A stretch of DNA of 64,000 nucleotides from a virus. Taxonomy: Duplodnaviria > Caudoviricetes. Below, piece after piece: positions 50,406 to 58,666 of the stretch. Numbering within the stretch: the stretch's first letter is position 1; the number at the start of each line of letters is the position of its first letter. The DNA lies in IMG/VR virus record IMGVR_UViG_3300029288_000060, positions 204,813 to 268,812 of that record; one strand, 5' to 3'. The translations under genes and the position numbers were made by a program. The notes beneath the pieces are model-generated. The model was given only the letters and a program-made list of their open reading frames with translations, searched no databases and had not been told where the DNA came from.

Positions 50406-50978
50406 ATGATGATAGGATTAGTTGTAAAAAAAATTATATCTAAATTAAAAAAAGAAAAACATTATTTTGTTCATGAATCATCTTATGTTGATAATAATGT
50501 AATAATTGGAGAAGGTACTAAAATATGGCATTTTTCCCATATTTTACCTGGTGTTAAAATAGGAAAAAATGTTTCTATTGGAGCTAATGTAACAATTGGG
50601 CCAAATGTAATAATTGGTGATAATTGCAAAATTCAAAACAATGTTTCTATATTTGAGGGTGTAATATTAGAAGATGATGTATTTATTGGACCATCCACAA
50701 CTTTTACAAACGTTTTAAATCCTAGAGCTTTTATATCAAGAAAAAACGAATTTAAAGTCACTATTTTAAAACATGGGTGTTCAACTGGCGCAAATTCGAC
50801 TATTATTTGTGGGCATAATATTGGAGAATATGCATTTGTTGCAGCTGGATCTGTAGTAACAAAAGACGTAGGACCACATGAAATGGTATATGGTAATCCT
50901 GCAGTATATAGAGGAAAAATTTGTAAATGTGGTAAAACTTATGGAAGTGATTTTATAATTTGTGATAACTGTAAATGA
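50406..50978 (+). CDS. wbpD: WbpD/WlbB-like sugar N-acetyltransferase
   Basis: TKIWHFSH, KIQNNVS, FTNVLNPRA, GANSTIICG, GNPA. Confidence 0.85.
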   Translation: MMIGLVVKKIISKLKKEKHYFVHESSYVDNNVIIGEGTKIWHFSHILPGVKIGKNVSIGANVTIGPNVIIGDNCKIQNNVSIFEGVILEDDVFIGPSTTFTNVLNPRAFISRKNEFKVTILKHGCSTGANSTIICGHNIGEYAFVAAGSVVTKDVGPHEMVYGNPAVYRGKICKCGKTYGSDFIICDNCK

Positions 50979-51002
50979 AAAATAGGGTTTCCCCTATTTT
51001 TT
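50978..51002 (+). terminator. intrinsic terminator
   Basis: aaaaataggg-tttc-ccctatttttt. Confidence 0.7.
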
Positions 51003-51135
51003 CTTTTGATTCTCATAAAGAATCTGTAACATTAATTAATCCTAGATTTAATAGAATAAGAATAGACAAAAAAATAAATGATTATGATGTAAGGACAAGT
51101 CAAATTCCTGAATTGGGGTAAAAAAGGATATTAAA

Positions 51136-51942
51136 ATGATATTATGTGATTATGGATGTGGGCAAGAAGCAAAATTTCAGTTAAAAAATGGAAAATGGTG
51201 TTGTTCTAAAAGTCAAAATTCTTGTATTAAAATAAGAAAAAAGTTTTCTGTATCCGCAACTGGAAAACCTGGTACATGGTTAGGCAGAAAACATACTGAA
51301 GAAGAAATTATTAAAATGAAAAAAGGAATGAAAGGTATTTCACACCCAAAAGCAAAAAACAAACCAAAATCTGAAAATCATAAAATAAAAATTAGTTTAT
51401 CAAATAAAGGAAAAGTAAAATCTGAAGATCACAGAAGAAAAATATCTGAACAAAGAAAAGGAAAAAATTGTAAAGAAAATCATCCAAATTTTGGTAAACC
51501 TCAATCAGAAGAAATAAAAGAAAAGAACAGACAATCTAATTTAAAGAAATGGAATGATCCAAATAGTATTTTTAATTCTAAAGAATATAGAAAAAAATGG
51601 AGAGAATCAGTTTCTAGAAAACCAAATAAGCTTGAAATTTTAATTAATAATTTATTAAAAGATTTAAAATTAAACTATACGTATGTAGGAGATTATAATT
51701 TTTGGATAGGAAGAAAGAATCCTGATTTTGTTAATGAAGAATCTAAAAAAATAATAGAATTCTTTGGAGAATATTGGCACTCTGAAAAATTTAGAAAAAT
51801 TAAAAAAAATAATTTAGAGCATGAACAAGACAGAATTAAATACTTTAATGAATATGGATATAAAACTTTAGTTATATGGGATTATGAATTGAAAAATATG
51901 AATAATCTTATAGAGAAAATAATGGTGTTTGAAAAAATATGA
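51136..51942 (+). mobile_element. free-standing homing endonuclease (NUMOD3 repeats plus Vsr/DUF559-like nuclease)
   Basis: GRKHTEE, KSEDHRRKIS, HPNFGK repeats; NPDF...IIEFFGEYWH...LVIWD. Confidence 0.8.
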
Positions 51943-52952
51943 AAACATTATATTTATTTAGGTCAAATTTAAAAAATTTAGAAGATTATCATAATATAAC
52001 AAATTTAGATGAATTTAAGGAGAAATGCTGGGACAATTATTTATTACAATGTTTGAATTTTCTAGAAAATAATTATTTCGATAGTGTTGTTATATGGAGA
52101 CTATCTGATAAACCAATAAAAGACATTAAATTTAAAGTTGATGGTAAAAAATCATTTATTCAAAGATGGGTTAATAATTTTAATGAAGTTTTTAAATATT
52201 CTAAACCAGACATAACTTTTTTTAGAGGCGGATTTCTAGAGTATGATGAAATAACAAAAAAGAATCCTAAATTTTTTGGTTTAAAATTATACTTAGCAGC
52301 TGGAAAAAGACTTATCCCACAATATGGTGGAATTTATGATAAAATATTAATTGAAGATGAAAGAGATAAATTAGATAATAACTTTATACCATTTTATAAA
52401 ACAACAAATCCTAATATTTTTAAACCTTTAAACTTAGATAAAGAATATGATTTATGTATTGTTTCTAATTTTACTCAAATTAGATATAAAGGAACTGATG
52501 TTATAATTAATGAAATTTCAAAAAATAAACAATTAAAAAAACTGAAAATTTGTCATGTAGGGAATAAAAGTGAGATTGGAATAAATCTATGTAAAAAAAA
52601 TAATGTAACAAATATTGAATTCTTAGGTAAATTAGAAAGACATGAAGTTAATAAAATTTTAAATCAAAGTAAATTTGGGATAGTTAATTCAAATAGAAAT
52701 GATGGTTGTCCAAGAGTTATAACAGAAATATTAACAAGTGGAACTACATTATTAATAAATGAAAAAACTAGATCATTAGGTTATTATAAGAAATATGGTG
52801 TTGTTATTTTTAATGATGCAAACTTAACAAAAAAAATAATGGAATCTTTAAATAATTATAATAATATTTATGTAGAATTAAACAAAAATTTATATAGATT
52901 TAATATGGATACAATTTGTGAACTAAACTATAAAAATTGGATTAAAGTTTAA
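51939..52952 (+). CDS. GT-B glycosyltransferase
   Basis: FKPL, YKG, DGCPRVITE. Confidence 0.75.
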   Translation: MKTLYLFRSNLKNLEDYHNITNLDEFKEKCWDNYLLQCLNFLENNYFDSVVIWRLSDKPIKDIKFKVDGKKSFIQRWVNNFNEVFKYSKPDITFFRGGFLEYDEITKKNPKFFGLKLYLAAGKRLIPQYGGIYDKILIEDERDKLDNNFIPFYKTTNPNIFKPLNLDKEYDLCIVSNFTQIRYKGTDVIINEISKNKQLKKLKICHVGNKSEIGINLCKKNNVTNIEFLGKLERHEVNKILNQSKFGIVNSNRNDGCPRVITEILTSGTTLLINEKTRSLGYYKKYGVVIFNDANLTKKIMESLNNYNNIYVELNKNLYRFNMDTICELNYKNWIKV

Positions 52953-53002
52953 ACTAAAAAATAATTCCTTCCATTTATATGGTTGGAATTATTTTTGTCG
53001 GT

Positions 53003-53419
53003 TTAGTAAAACAGTCGAGTTAACAGGTCGCCTATTTTACCAATTTTGTTTTTTACTGTAGAATCGGATCCATGAAGCTTTGTCAAATACTGATTGAGTG
53101 ATGTTTTTGCATCATCGATTGTGGTTTGTTTGAAGTCCACATAACTTTTAAAGGTCTCTGCTACGACCTTTGTCCTTTTCATCCGGAGGGATTGCTCGAA
53201 GGCCACTTGTGAAGGTGTTATACTTAGTAAATCTTCCATGATTTCCCCTGAAGGGTCCCGGTAAGTGGGCGGAATTCCCATCGCTGCAGTCGCTTTATCC
53301 TCCAGCTTTTGAACTGCTTTTTGCTTCTCTTTCTGCTGTTGAGCTAAATATATAGTCAGCAAATTTGGTAGATTTTCTATAGCTACTTCAAATGGATTAT
53401 CTAATGAATCTTTAAACAT
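53003..53419 (-). CDS. hypothetical protein
   Basis: GAGGAGG RBS, motif A upstream, hairpin terminator downstream. Confidence 0.65.
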   Translation of the reverse strand: MFKDSLDNPFEVAIENLPNLLTIYLAQQQKEKQKAVQKLEDKATAAMGIPPTYRDPSGEIMEDLLSITPSQVAFEQSLRMKRTKVVAETFKSYVDFKQTTIDDAKTSLNQYLTKLHGSDSTVKNKIGKIGDLLTRLFY

Positions 53420-53494
53420 GACATCCTCCTCATATTTTATTTTATATTAATATATATAGTTTATCAAACTAAACAAAAAATAAAGTAACTAAAA

Positions 53495-53520
53495 AATAGG
53501 GGTTCATATGAACCCCTATT
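53495..53520. terminator. perfect 26-bp palindrome, probable terminator
   Basis: aataggggttcatatgaacccctatt downstream of 53541..53768. Confidence 0.7.
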
Positions 53521-53540
53521 CGACGCCCTGGTCGTTTGGC

Positions 53541-53768
53541 TTACATTTCGTCTACCGAAGTGGTGGTGGCCGAGCTGCCGCTGGACGTTTTGCCGCCGAT
53601 CACGAAACCGAGTACCGCTGCCGCGAGGTGGGTCAAGACAAGGATGACAAACCGGACGATCCCTTTCTTGAAAAACGATGTTTTCTCGCTATTGGCCGGG
53701 TCCTTTTCCTTCTGGGCCTTTTGTTCCTTTACCTTGTCCTCATCCATTTTTTCTTCCTTTGCCGACAT
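53541..53768 (-). CDS. small membrane protein, conspicuously GC-rich
   Basis: AGGAGG RBS, one TM helix, motif A at 53800. Confidence 0.6.
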   Translation of the reverse strand: MSAKEEKMDEDKVKEQKAQKEKDPANSEKTSFFKKGIVRFVILVLTHLAAAVLGFVIGGKTSSGSSATTTSVDEM

Positions 53769-53889
53769 AATATCCTCCTAAATGTATTTAATTTCAAAAA
53801 ATAATATATATAGTTTTTAGTTTTAAACTGAATTTATATTTAGGAATTTTTCTAGTATATATAGAACAAATAAACAAAAAGGAGTTAGT

Positions 53890-54444
53890 ATGAATGATGA
53901 AGTGATTGTTTTATATTCTGGAGGTTTAGATTCAACAGTATTATTAAATTTGGCAAAAAGTATGAATAAAAAACCTTTAGCTTTAATGATAGATTATAAT
54001 CAAAAACACATTAAAGAACTCGAGGTTGCAAAATTATATGTGGAAAAAAATAAAATTGAAAATATGACTGTTAAAATTGCAGGATATAATGTAGATTCCG
54101 CTTTAACTGGTTCTGGAGGAAAAGGAATATATGAAGGAGTAAGTATATTCAATGTCCCTCAAAGAAATACTATTTTTATTTCAATTGCAGCTGGAATAGC
54201 AGAATCAAGAAATATTAAAGAAATTTGGTATGGAGCTAACTGGGATGATTATGAAAATTTATTTCCAGATTGTATGCAACAATATATAGGCAGTATGAAT
54301 AAATTATTAGAAGTTTCTGGTTCTAAACCAATTAAGGTTTATGCTCCATTATTAGGTATGACAAAAGAAATAATTAATGTATTGGCTAATAATTATAATC
54401 TTACTCAAAAAGATGTTTATAGTGGGTATGGTGAATTTACATGA
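53890..54444 (+). CDS. queC: QueC-like PP-loop ATPase lacking the C-terminal zinc Cys cluster
   Basis: YSGGLDST, YNQKH..E, VPQRN, FPDC, APLL..TK. Confidence 0.8.
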   Translation: MNDEVIVLYSGGLDSTVLLNLAKSMNKKPLALMIDYNQKHIKELEVAKLYVEKNKIENMTVKIAGYNVDSALTGSGGKGIYEGVSIFNVPQRNTIFISIAAGIAESRNIKEIWYGANWDDYENLFPDCMQQYIGSMNKLLEVSGSKPIKVYAPLLGMTKEIINVLANNYNLTQKDVYSGYGEFT

Positions 54445-54809
54445 TAATAGGTATTATAGGTACAAGACGAAGAAACACAATAAATGATAAATCTTTGATT
54501 GAAAAAGAATTAATTAAATTAATTAATGAGTTTGGTAAAGATAATATTACAATATGTAGTGGAGGATGTGAAAAAGGTGGAGATAAATTTGGTGAAGAAT
54601 TGGGGTTATCTTACAATTTACCTATGATTATTTATAAGCCTGATTGGAAAAAGTATGGTAAAATCGCCGGATTTTTAAGAAATACATTAATTGCAAGCGA
54701 CTCTGATATTTTAATAGCGTGTGTTTCGGAAGACAGAACTGGTGGTACGGAAGATACCATCAAGAAGTTTAACAAAATACATCCAAATTCTGAACCTATT
54801 TTAGTTTAA
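54441..54809 (+). CDS. SLOG/YspA-like (DUF2493-type) protein
   Basis: IGIIGTR, SGGC..GGD, PDWKKYGK.AG..RN, GGT. Confidence 0.8.
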   Translation: MIIGIIGTRRRNTINDKSLIEKELIKLINEFGKDNITICSGGCEKGGDKFGEELGLSYNLPMIIYKPDWKKYGKIAGFLRNTLIASDSDILIACVSEDRTGGTEDTIKKFNKIHPNSEPILV

Positions 54810-54813
54810 AAAT

Positions 54814-55056
54814 ATGTGTAAATATTATCCATGTCATGAAAAAGAAAAATTAGAAACATGTTTATTTTGTTATTGTCCAGTTTATCCATGCAATATTAAT
54901 GGAATTGGTGGTAAATATACAGAAACTCCAACTGGTCAAAGAGTATGGGATTGCTCAAATTGTACTATTATTCATAACAAAAAATTTGTAGAAAAAATAA
55001 AAAAATATATAATTAAACAATTAGAGAATGAATGTAAAAAAGGTGAACGTAAATGA
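54814..55056 (+). CDS. cysteine-rich small-domain protein
   Basis: CKYYPCH, CLFCYCPVYPC, VWDCSNC..IH. Confidence 0.8.
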   Translation: MCKYYPCHEKEKLETCLFCYCPVYPCNINGIGGKYTETPTGQRVWDCSNCTIIHNKKFVEKIKKYIIKQLENECKKGERK

Positions 55057-55805
55057 TAAATTGGCAGACAAACTATGTTGAAGAATTCACTATTGCACAA
55101 GCTTGGAGAAGTGTAATGTGGTTGTGTCTTGAAAGCGAAAATAGTATAAAATATAAAGTAGAAAATGCATCAAAGACAGATGAATTTGGTTCATATATTG
55201 GTCAATTTAGATTACAATTACCATTTGTAAATATAAGGATTAAAACACCGTGGGTCTGGGAACCTTTTACAAATGAAACATCTCCTTTTAGACCAACAGA
55301 TCAAGAATCTGTTGACAAATATTTTTTAAAGTATCTTATGGATGACACTTTAGAACCGAATGAAGTGTACAAGTATGCAACTTGGATTAAACCTCAAGTT
55401 GAAGATATTATTAAGAATTTAATCATCTCTGAAGGTAAAACAAACCAAGCTACAATTAATGTTGGGGATAATACATGTACGAAAATGAGTGACCCACCAT
55501 GTTTGAGGGTTATGTCATTCAAAGCAGTTGACGGTATATTAAGATCAACTGTATTCTTTCGTTCTTGGGATTTAGTATGTGGGTTACCTGAAAATTTATG
55601 GGGATTTCAAAGAGTAAAGGAATATGTTCTTGAAATGGTTAATTCCGGATTAGAAGAAAATGGTTCTAATATCAGGTTAAAAGATGGTGAATTAATATGT
55701 TATTCTGATGGTCTTCATATATATAGTCAGTACTTTGATTTAGTTAAATCAATAAATTGTTGTAGTGAAAGTGCATTACAAAGATTAGAAGAATGGGGTG
55801 AGTAG
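55053..55805 (+). CDS. thyA: thymidylate synthase-like protein (short, archaeal-type)
   Basis: PPCL catalytic Cys, FRSWD, LPEN (Asn implies dUMP specificity), LHIY. Confidence 0.8.
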   Translation: MINWQTNYVEEFTIAQAWRSVMWLCLESENSIKYKVENASKTDEFGSYIGQFRLQLPFVNIRIKTPWVWEPFTNETSPFRPTDQESVDKYFLKYLMDDTLEPNEVYKYATWIKPQVEDIIKNLIISEGKTNQATINVGDNTCTKMSDPPCLRVMSFKAVDGILRSTVFFRSWDLVCGLPENLWGFQRVKEYVLEMVNSGLEENGSNIRLKDGELICYSDGLHIYSQYFDLVKSINCCSESALQRLEEWGE

Positions 55806-55808
55806 AAG

Positions 55809-56354
55809 ATGAGTTGGGATAAATACTTTTTTGATTTATGTGAAACAATATCAACAAATTCAAAATGTTTATCTAGAAAAATTGGCGCAATAATAGTTAA
55901 AGATAAAACTATAATTAGTACGGGTTACAATGGTCCTCCAAGGGAAGTTCCTCATTGTGGAGAAAGATATGTTAAGGATATGAATTTGTATAACAAATTA
56001 TATTCTGATCCAAAAACTCATGAAATGATGTATAATAATGAAATAAAAAAGATATGTCCAAGAAAAGTTTTAGGATTTAAATCTGGTGAAGGACTTGAGT
56101 ACTGCATTGCAGGGCACGCAGAAAGGAATGCAATAGTAAATGCAGCAAGACATGGAATAGCAGTAAAAGATGCAACTTTATATTGTAACTGTCCAATTCC
56201 ATGTACACCATGTTTAATTGAAATTATTAATTCTGGGATAAGAGAGGTTGTTGTAACTGATTTAGAATATTATGATATAATGGGAGAATGGTTAGTAAAA
56301 CAAAGTGGTATAAAAGTAAGGACGTTTGAAGGTATCAATAAGAAAGGATATTAA
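55809..56354 (+). CDS. dCMP deaminase
   Basis: STGYNG, HAERNA, PCTPC. Confidence 0.92.
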   Translation: MSWDKYFFDLCETISTNSKCLSRKIGAIIVKDKTIISTGYNGPPREVPHCGERYVKDMNLYNKLYSDPKTHEMMYNNEIKKICPRKVLGFKSGEGLEYCIAGHAERNAIVNAARHGIAVKDATLYCNCPIPCTPCLIEIINSGIREVVVTDLEYYDIMGEWLVKQSGIKVRTFEGINKKGY

Positions 56355-56515
56355 AAATCTGTTAAAACATAAAATTTTTAATAGGAGAATACTTATGCCT
56401 GAAGAAATTGAAAGAAAAATTTATAATGTTTTAGAAGACATGTACAGATTTTGTAAACCTCCAAAAGAAGCTCTAGAACAAATAAAAGAAATAATTAGTA
56501 AAGAGGTAAAGTATA

Positions 56516-56776
56516 ATGAAAAATCTTAATCTTGGATTGATTTATAATGAGGATGGTAATCTAGTTAATCATAGATCATTATTAAAAATAATATTGAATC
56601 CATTCTTACGATTTTTTGGTCTACAAATTATAACGCCTTATGACAAGAATACAAATTCAATAATAGGAATTATAAATATTGAAGTTTGTAAGAGAACAAA
56701 AAAAATGTTGTTTAAAAATAGTTGGCAATATAATATTCAACATAAAGTAGTTGTTAAAAAAAGAAGATTTATATAA
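56516..56776 (+). CDS. hypothetical protein
   Basis: GAGGT RBS. Confidence 0.55.
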   Translation: MKNLNLGLIYNEDGNLVNHRSLLKIILNPFLRFFGLQIITPYDKNTNSIIGIINIEVCKRTKKMLFKNSWQYNIQHKVVVKKRRFI

Positions 56777-56828
56777 CCAAAAATAAAGGCCTTTTTATTT
56801 TATCTCTAAAAGGTCTTTATTTTTGTGG

Positions 56829-57023
56829 TTAAAGATGCAGTAATTCAACTTCTTCACCTATTGGGCCAGGACCAACACAATAGTCGCAAGAGTATTTTAG
56901 ATCCAGGTAGGCTTCTTGGTATTTATTCTTTGCTGTTGAAACTAAAACTGTTGCAGAGTTTTGATGACAGAATGAACATACTTTATCATCTTCTATTACA
57001 ATTCCTACAATTCTTACGGTCAT
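56829..57023 (-). CDS. small zinc-finger protein
   Basis: CSFC...CDYC; AGGAGG RBS; motif A at 57053. Confidence 0.6.
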   Translation of the reverse strand: MTVRIVGIVIEDDKVCSFCHQNSATVLVSTAKNKYQEAYLDLKYSCDYCVGPGPIGEEVELLHL

Positions 57024-57046
57024 AAAATCCTCCTATTTTTATTTTA

Positions 57047-57526
57047 TTGATATATAATATATGTAGATATTATTTTAATAATGAAGGGGTCAAAATGGAT
57101 AAAAAACATAAATTTACTGTTTATTTAGCTGGTTATTCAAAATATTCAGAATACAGAAAAATAGTTAAAGAAAAATATTCAGAATATATTAATCTAATTG
57201 ATCCAGTGGACTACAAGTTAGAAGATGTGTATAAAGATATTGGAAATGAATTGTCAGATACTTATATAGTCAGAAAAGATAAAAAATCAATTGAACAATG
57301 TGATATCTTAGTTGCAAAAATAGAATATCCTCAACATAAAGAAATTTCAATTGGAACAATTATGGAATGTATGTATGCTTTTATGAAAGGGATACCAGTC
57401 TTTATAATTAGTTCCGATGAAGACATTTTGAATGATATTTGGCTTAAATTTCATAGTAAAAATAGGTTTAAAACAATAGAACATTGCTTTGCTTTTATTT
57501 TAAATAGACTTGGTATTGAAAATTAA
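57047..57526 (+). CDS. nucleoside 2-deoxyribosyltransferase-like protein (start probably MDKKH)
   Basis: VYLAG, IDP, D...I..CDILVA, SIGT.ME..YA...GIPV. Confidence 0.8.
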   Translation: MIYNICRYYFNNEGVKMDKKHKFTVYLAGYSKYSEYRKIVKEKYSEYINLIDPVDYKLEDVYKDIGNELSDTYIVRKDKKSIEQCDILVAKIEYPQHKEISIGTIMECMYAFMKGIPVFIISSDEDILNDIWLKFHSKNRFKTIEHCFAFILNRLGIEN

Positions 57527-57567
57527 AATTTAAGAAACTATTTATATTTCTAAGAACAAATAATAAA

Positions 57568-58026
57568 TTGATGGAGGATATAGTGGATACTAAAAATATG
57601 GGACAGCAAGCAAATGCAGGTTTTGTGAAGAGAGATGATAGTAAAACTTCAACTAGGTTATTAGATAAAAATTGGAGTCCTCTCATTGTACGGAAATATC
57701 AAATGAAAGGATGGCCATTATTCATTGGTATTATTTGTGATGCAAATTTAAATGATTTAGATTCGTTAATTTATTCATTAAGCGAAGAAGCTGAACAACA
57801 TGGAATGTTTGATGGTAATATTCAAAGTGTAAGAAATTATTGTGGTTTTTTAAGTGATGGTATCGTTGGTCATTATGATAAAGTTAAAAAAGGGTGTGCT
57901 GAAGGTGTTATGGTTTGTTACTATGTGGATAAAATGTTTGTGTCGTCTGCGTACGGAGATCTTATGACTCATGAAAAATGTGCAGCCGAGTTTTATAGCA
58001 TCTTAAATATGCTACCTCATATTTAA
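57568..58026 (+). CDS. hypothetical protein
   Basis: 152-aa ORF. Confidence 0.6.
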   Translation: MMEDIVDTKNMGQQANAGFVKRDDSKTSTRLLDKNWSPLIVRKYQMKGWPLFIGIICDANLNDLDSLIYSLSEEAEQHGMFDGNIQSVRNYCGFLSDGIVGHYDKVKKGCAEGVMVCYYVDKMFVSSAYGDLMTHEKCAAEFYSILNMLPHI

Positions 58027-58056
58027 GAATTTTAATAAGAAAAAGGAGAACACGAA

Positions 58057-58263
58057 ATGTCAAAGTTATCAGAATTGTTTGAAAAATTGGAAAGTAGTTT
58101 AGCAAAAGCAAAAGATGAATTAGCGGATCTTGAAAAAGGTAGGAAAATTGCTGCAGGACGTCTTCGTAAAGAGGCACAAGAAAGTAAGAAAATATGGCAG
58201 GATATTAGAATTGAAACTATGGATATTTTAAAATCAATGCCAACTAAAAAACGTGGAGAATAA
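58057..58263 (+). CDS. histone H1-like (Hc1-family) protein
   Basis: EKGRKIAAGRLRK...KK..QDIR matches recalled Hc1 core EKGNKAAG.RARK. Confidence 0.7.
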   Translation: MSKLSELFEKLESSLAKAKDELADLEKGRKIAAGRLRKEAQESKKIWQDIRIETMDILKSMPTKKRGE

Positions 58264-58277
58264 GGGAGAAAACTATA

Positions 58278-58328
58278 ATGTTATAGGTTTATTTTCATTT
58301 AAGAGATCCTCCTTTAGATTTTATTTAA
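58278..58328 (+). CDS. putative leader peptide with in-frame amber codon: ML(TAG)VYFHLRDPPLDFI
   Basis: AAGGGAG RBS at 58262-58268, ATG 58278, TAG 58284-86, TAA 58326-28. Confidence 0.6.
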
Positions 58329-58355
58329 AATGAATATTATAAAAATCTAAAGGAG
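58309..58355 (+). promoter_or_regulatory. SD-sequestering hairpin (translational attenuator)
   Basis: Perfect 14-bp stem ctcctttagatttt (58309-22)/aaaatctaaaggag (58342-55); 3' arm contains AAGGAG of gene 58364. Confidence 0.75.
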
Positions 58356-58363
58356 AAATAGTC

Positions 58364-58666
58364 ATGTTAAAAGCAACCAAAATATATTTAAAAGTAATAG
58401 CATCATCAATTAGAGAGTATAAAAATTATAGACCTTTAGCAAATAGAGGCGATAAAAAATTATGGGAAATTGAAATACATATAAATCAATTAAAATATTA
58501 CTTTCGTCACTACCATATTGCTTATTGCGAACTAAGAGGCAGAACTAGAGAACAAATTGAAAAACCAGGTGAATTTAATAAACCAAACGAGAGATTTATT
58601 GATGAAATAAAAAAAGGAATTTTGGATAAATATGAAGAGCAAAAGGCTTTATGTGCTAGTGCGTAA
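58364..58666 (+). CDS. hypothetical protein (RHYHIAYCELRGRTREQIE motif)
   Basis: 100-aa ORF overlapping the Pth2-like gene. Confidence 0.7.
   Translation: MLKATKIYLKVIASSIREYKNYRPLANRGDKKLWEIEIHINQLKYYFRHYHIAYCELRGRTREQIEKPGEFNKPNERFIDEIKKGILDKYEEQKALCASA

Noticed and set aside
18056-52952. Ordinary chromosomal O-antigen or capsule locus
   Set aside because: No wzx/wzy/wzz, ABC exporter or initiating transferase, and it is interleaved with PAAR-like, actin-like and homing endonuclease genes in a phage-like context.
53508-53804. Plus-strand ORFs 53508..53804 and 53536..53781
   Set aside because: Shadows of the GC-rich minus-strand gene, which has the RBS, promoter motif and terminator.
12837-55805. 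Archaeal virus, suggested by the TATA-like motif, GGTGA RBSs, short ThyA and Pth2
   Set aside because: SLT peptidoglycan hydrolase, lipobox proteins, GmhA/GT9 and intrinsic hairpin terminators favour a bacterial, probably Gram-negative, host; not formally excluded.
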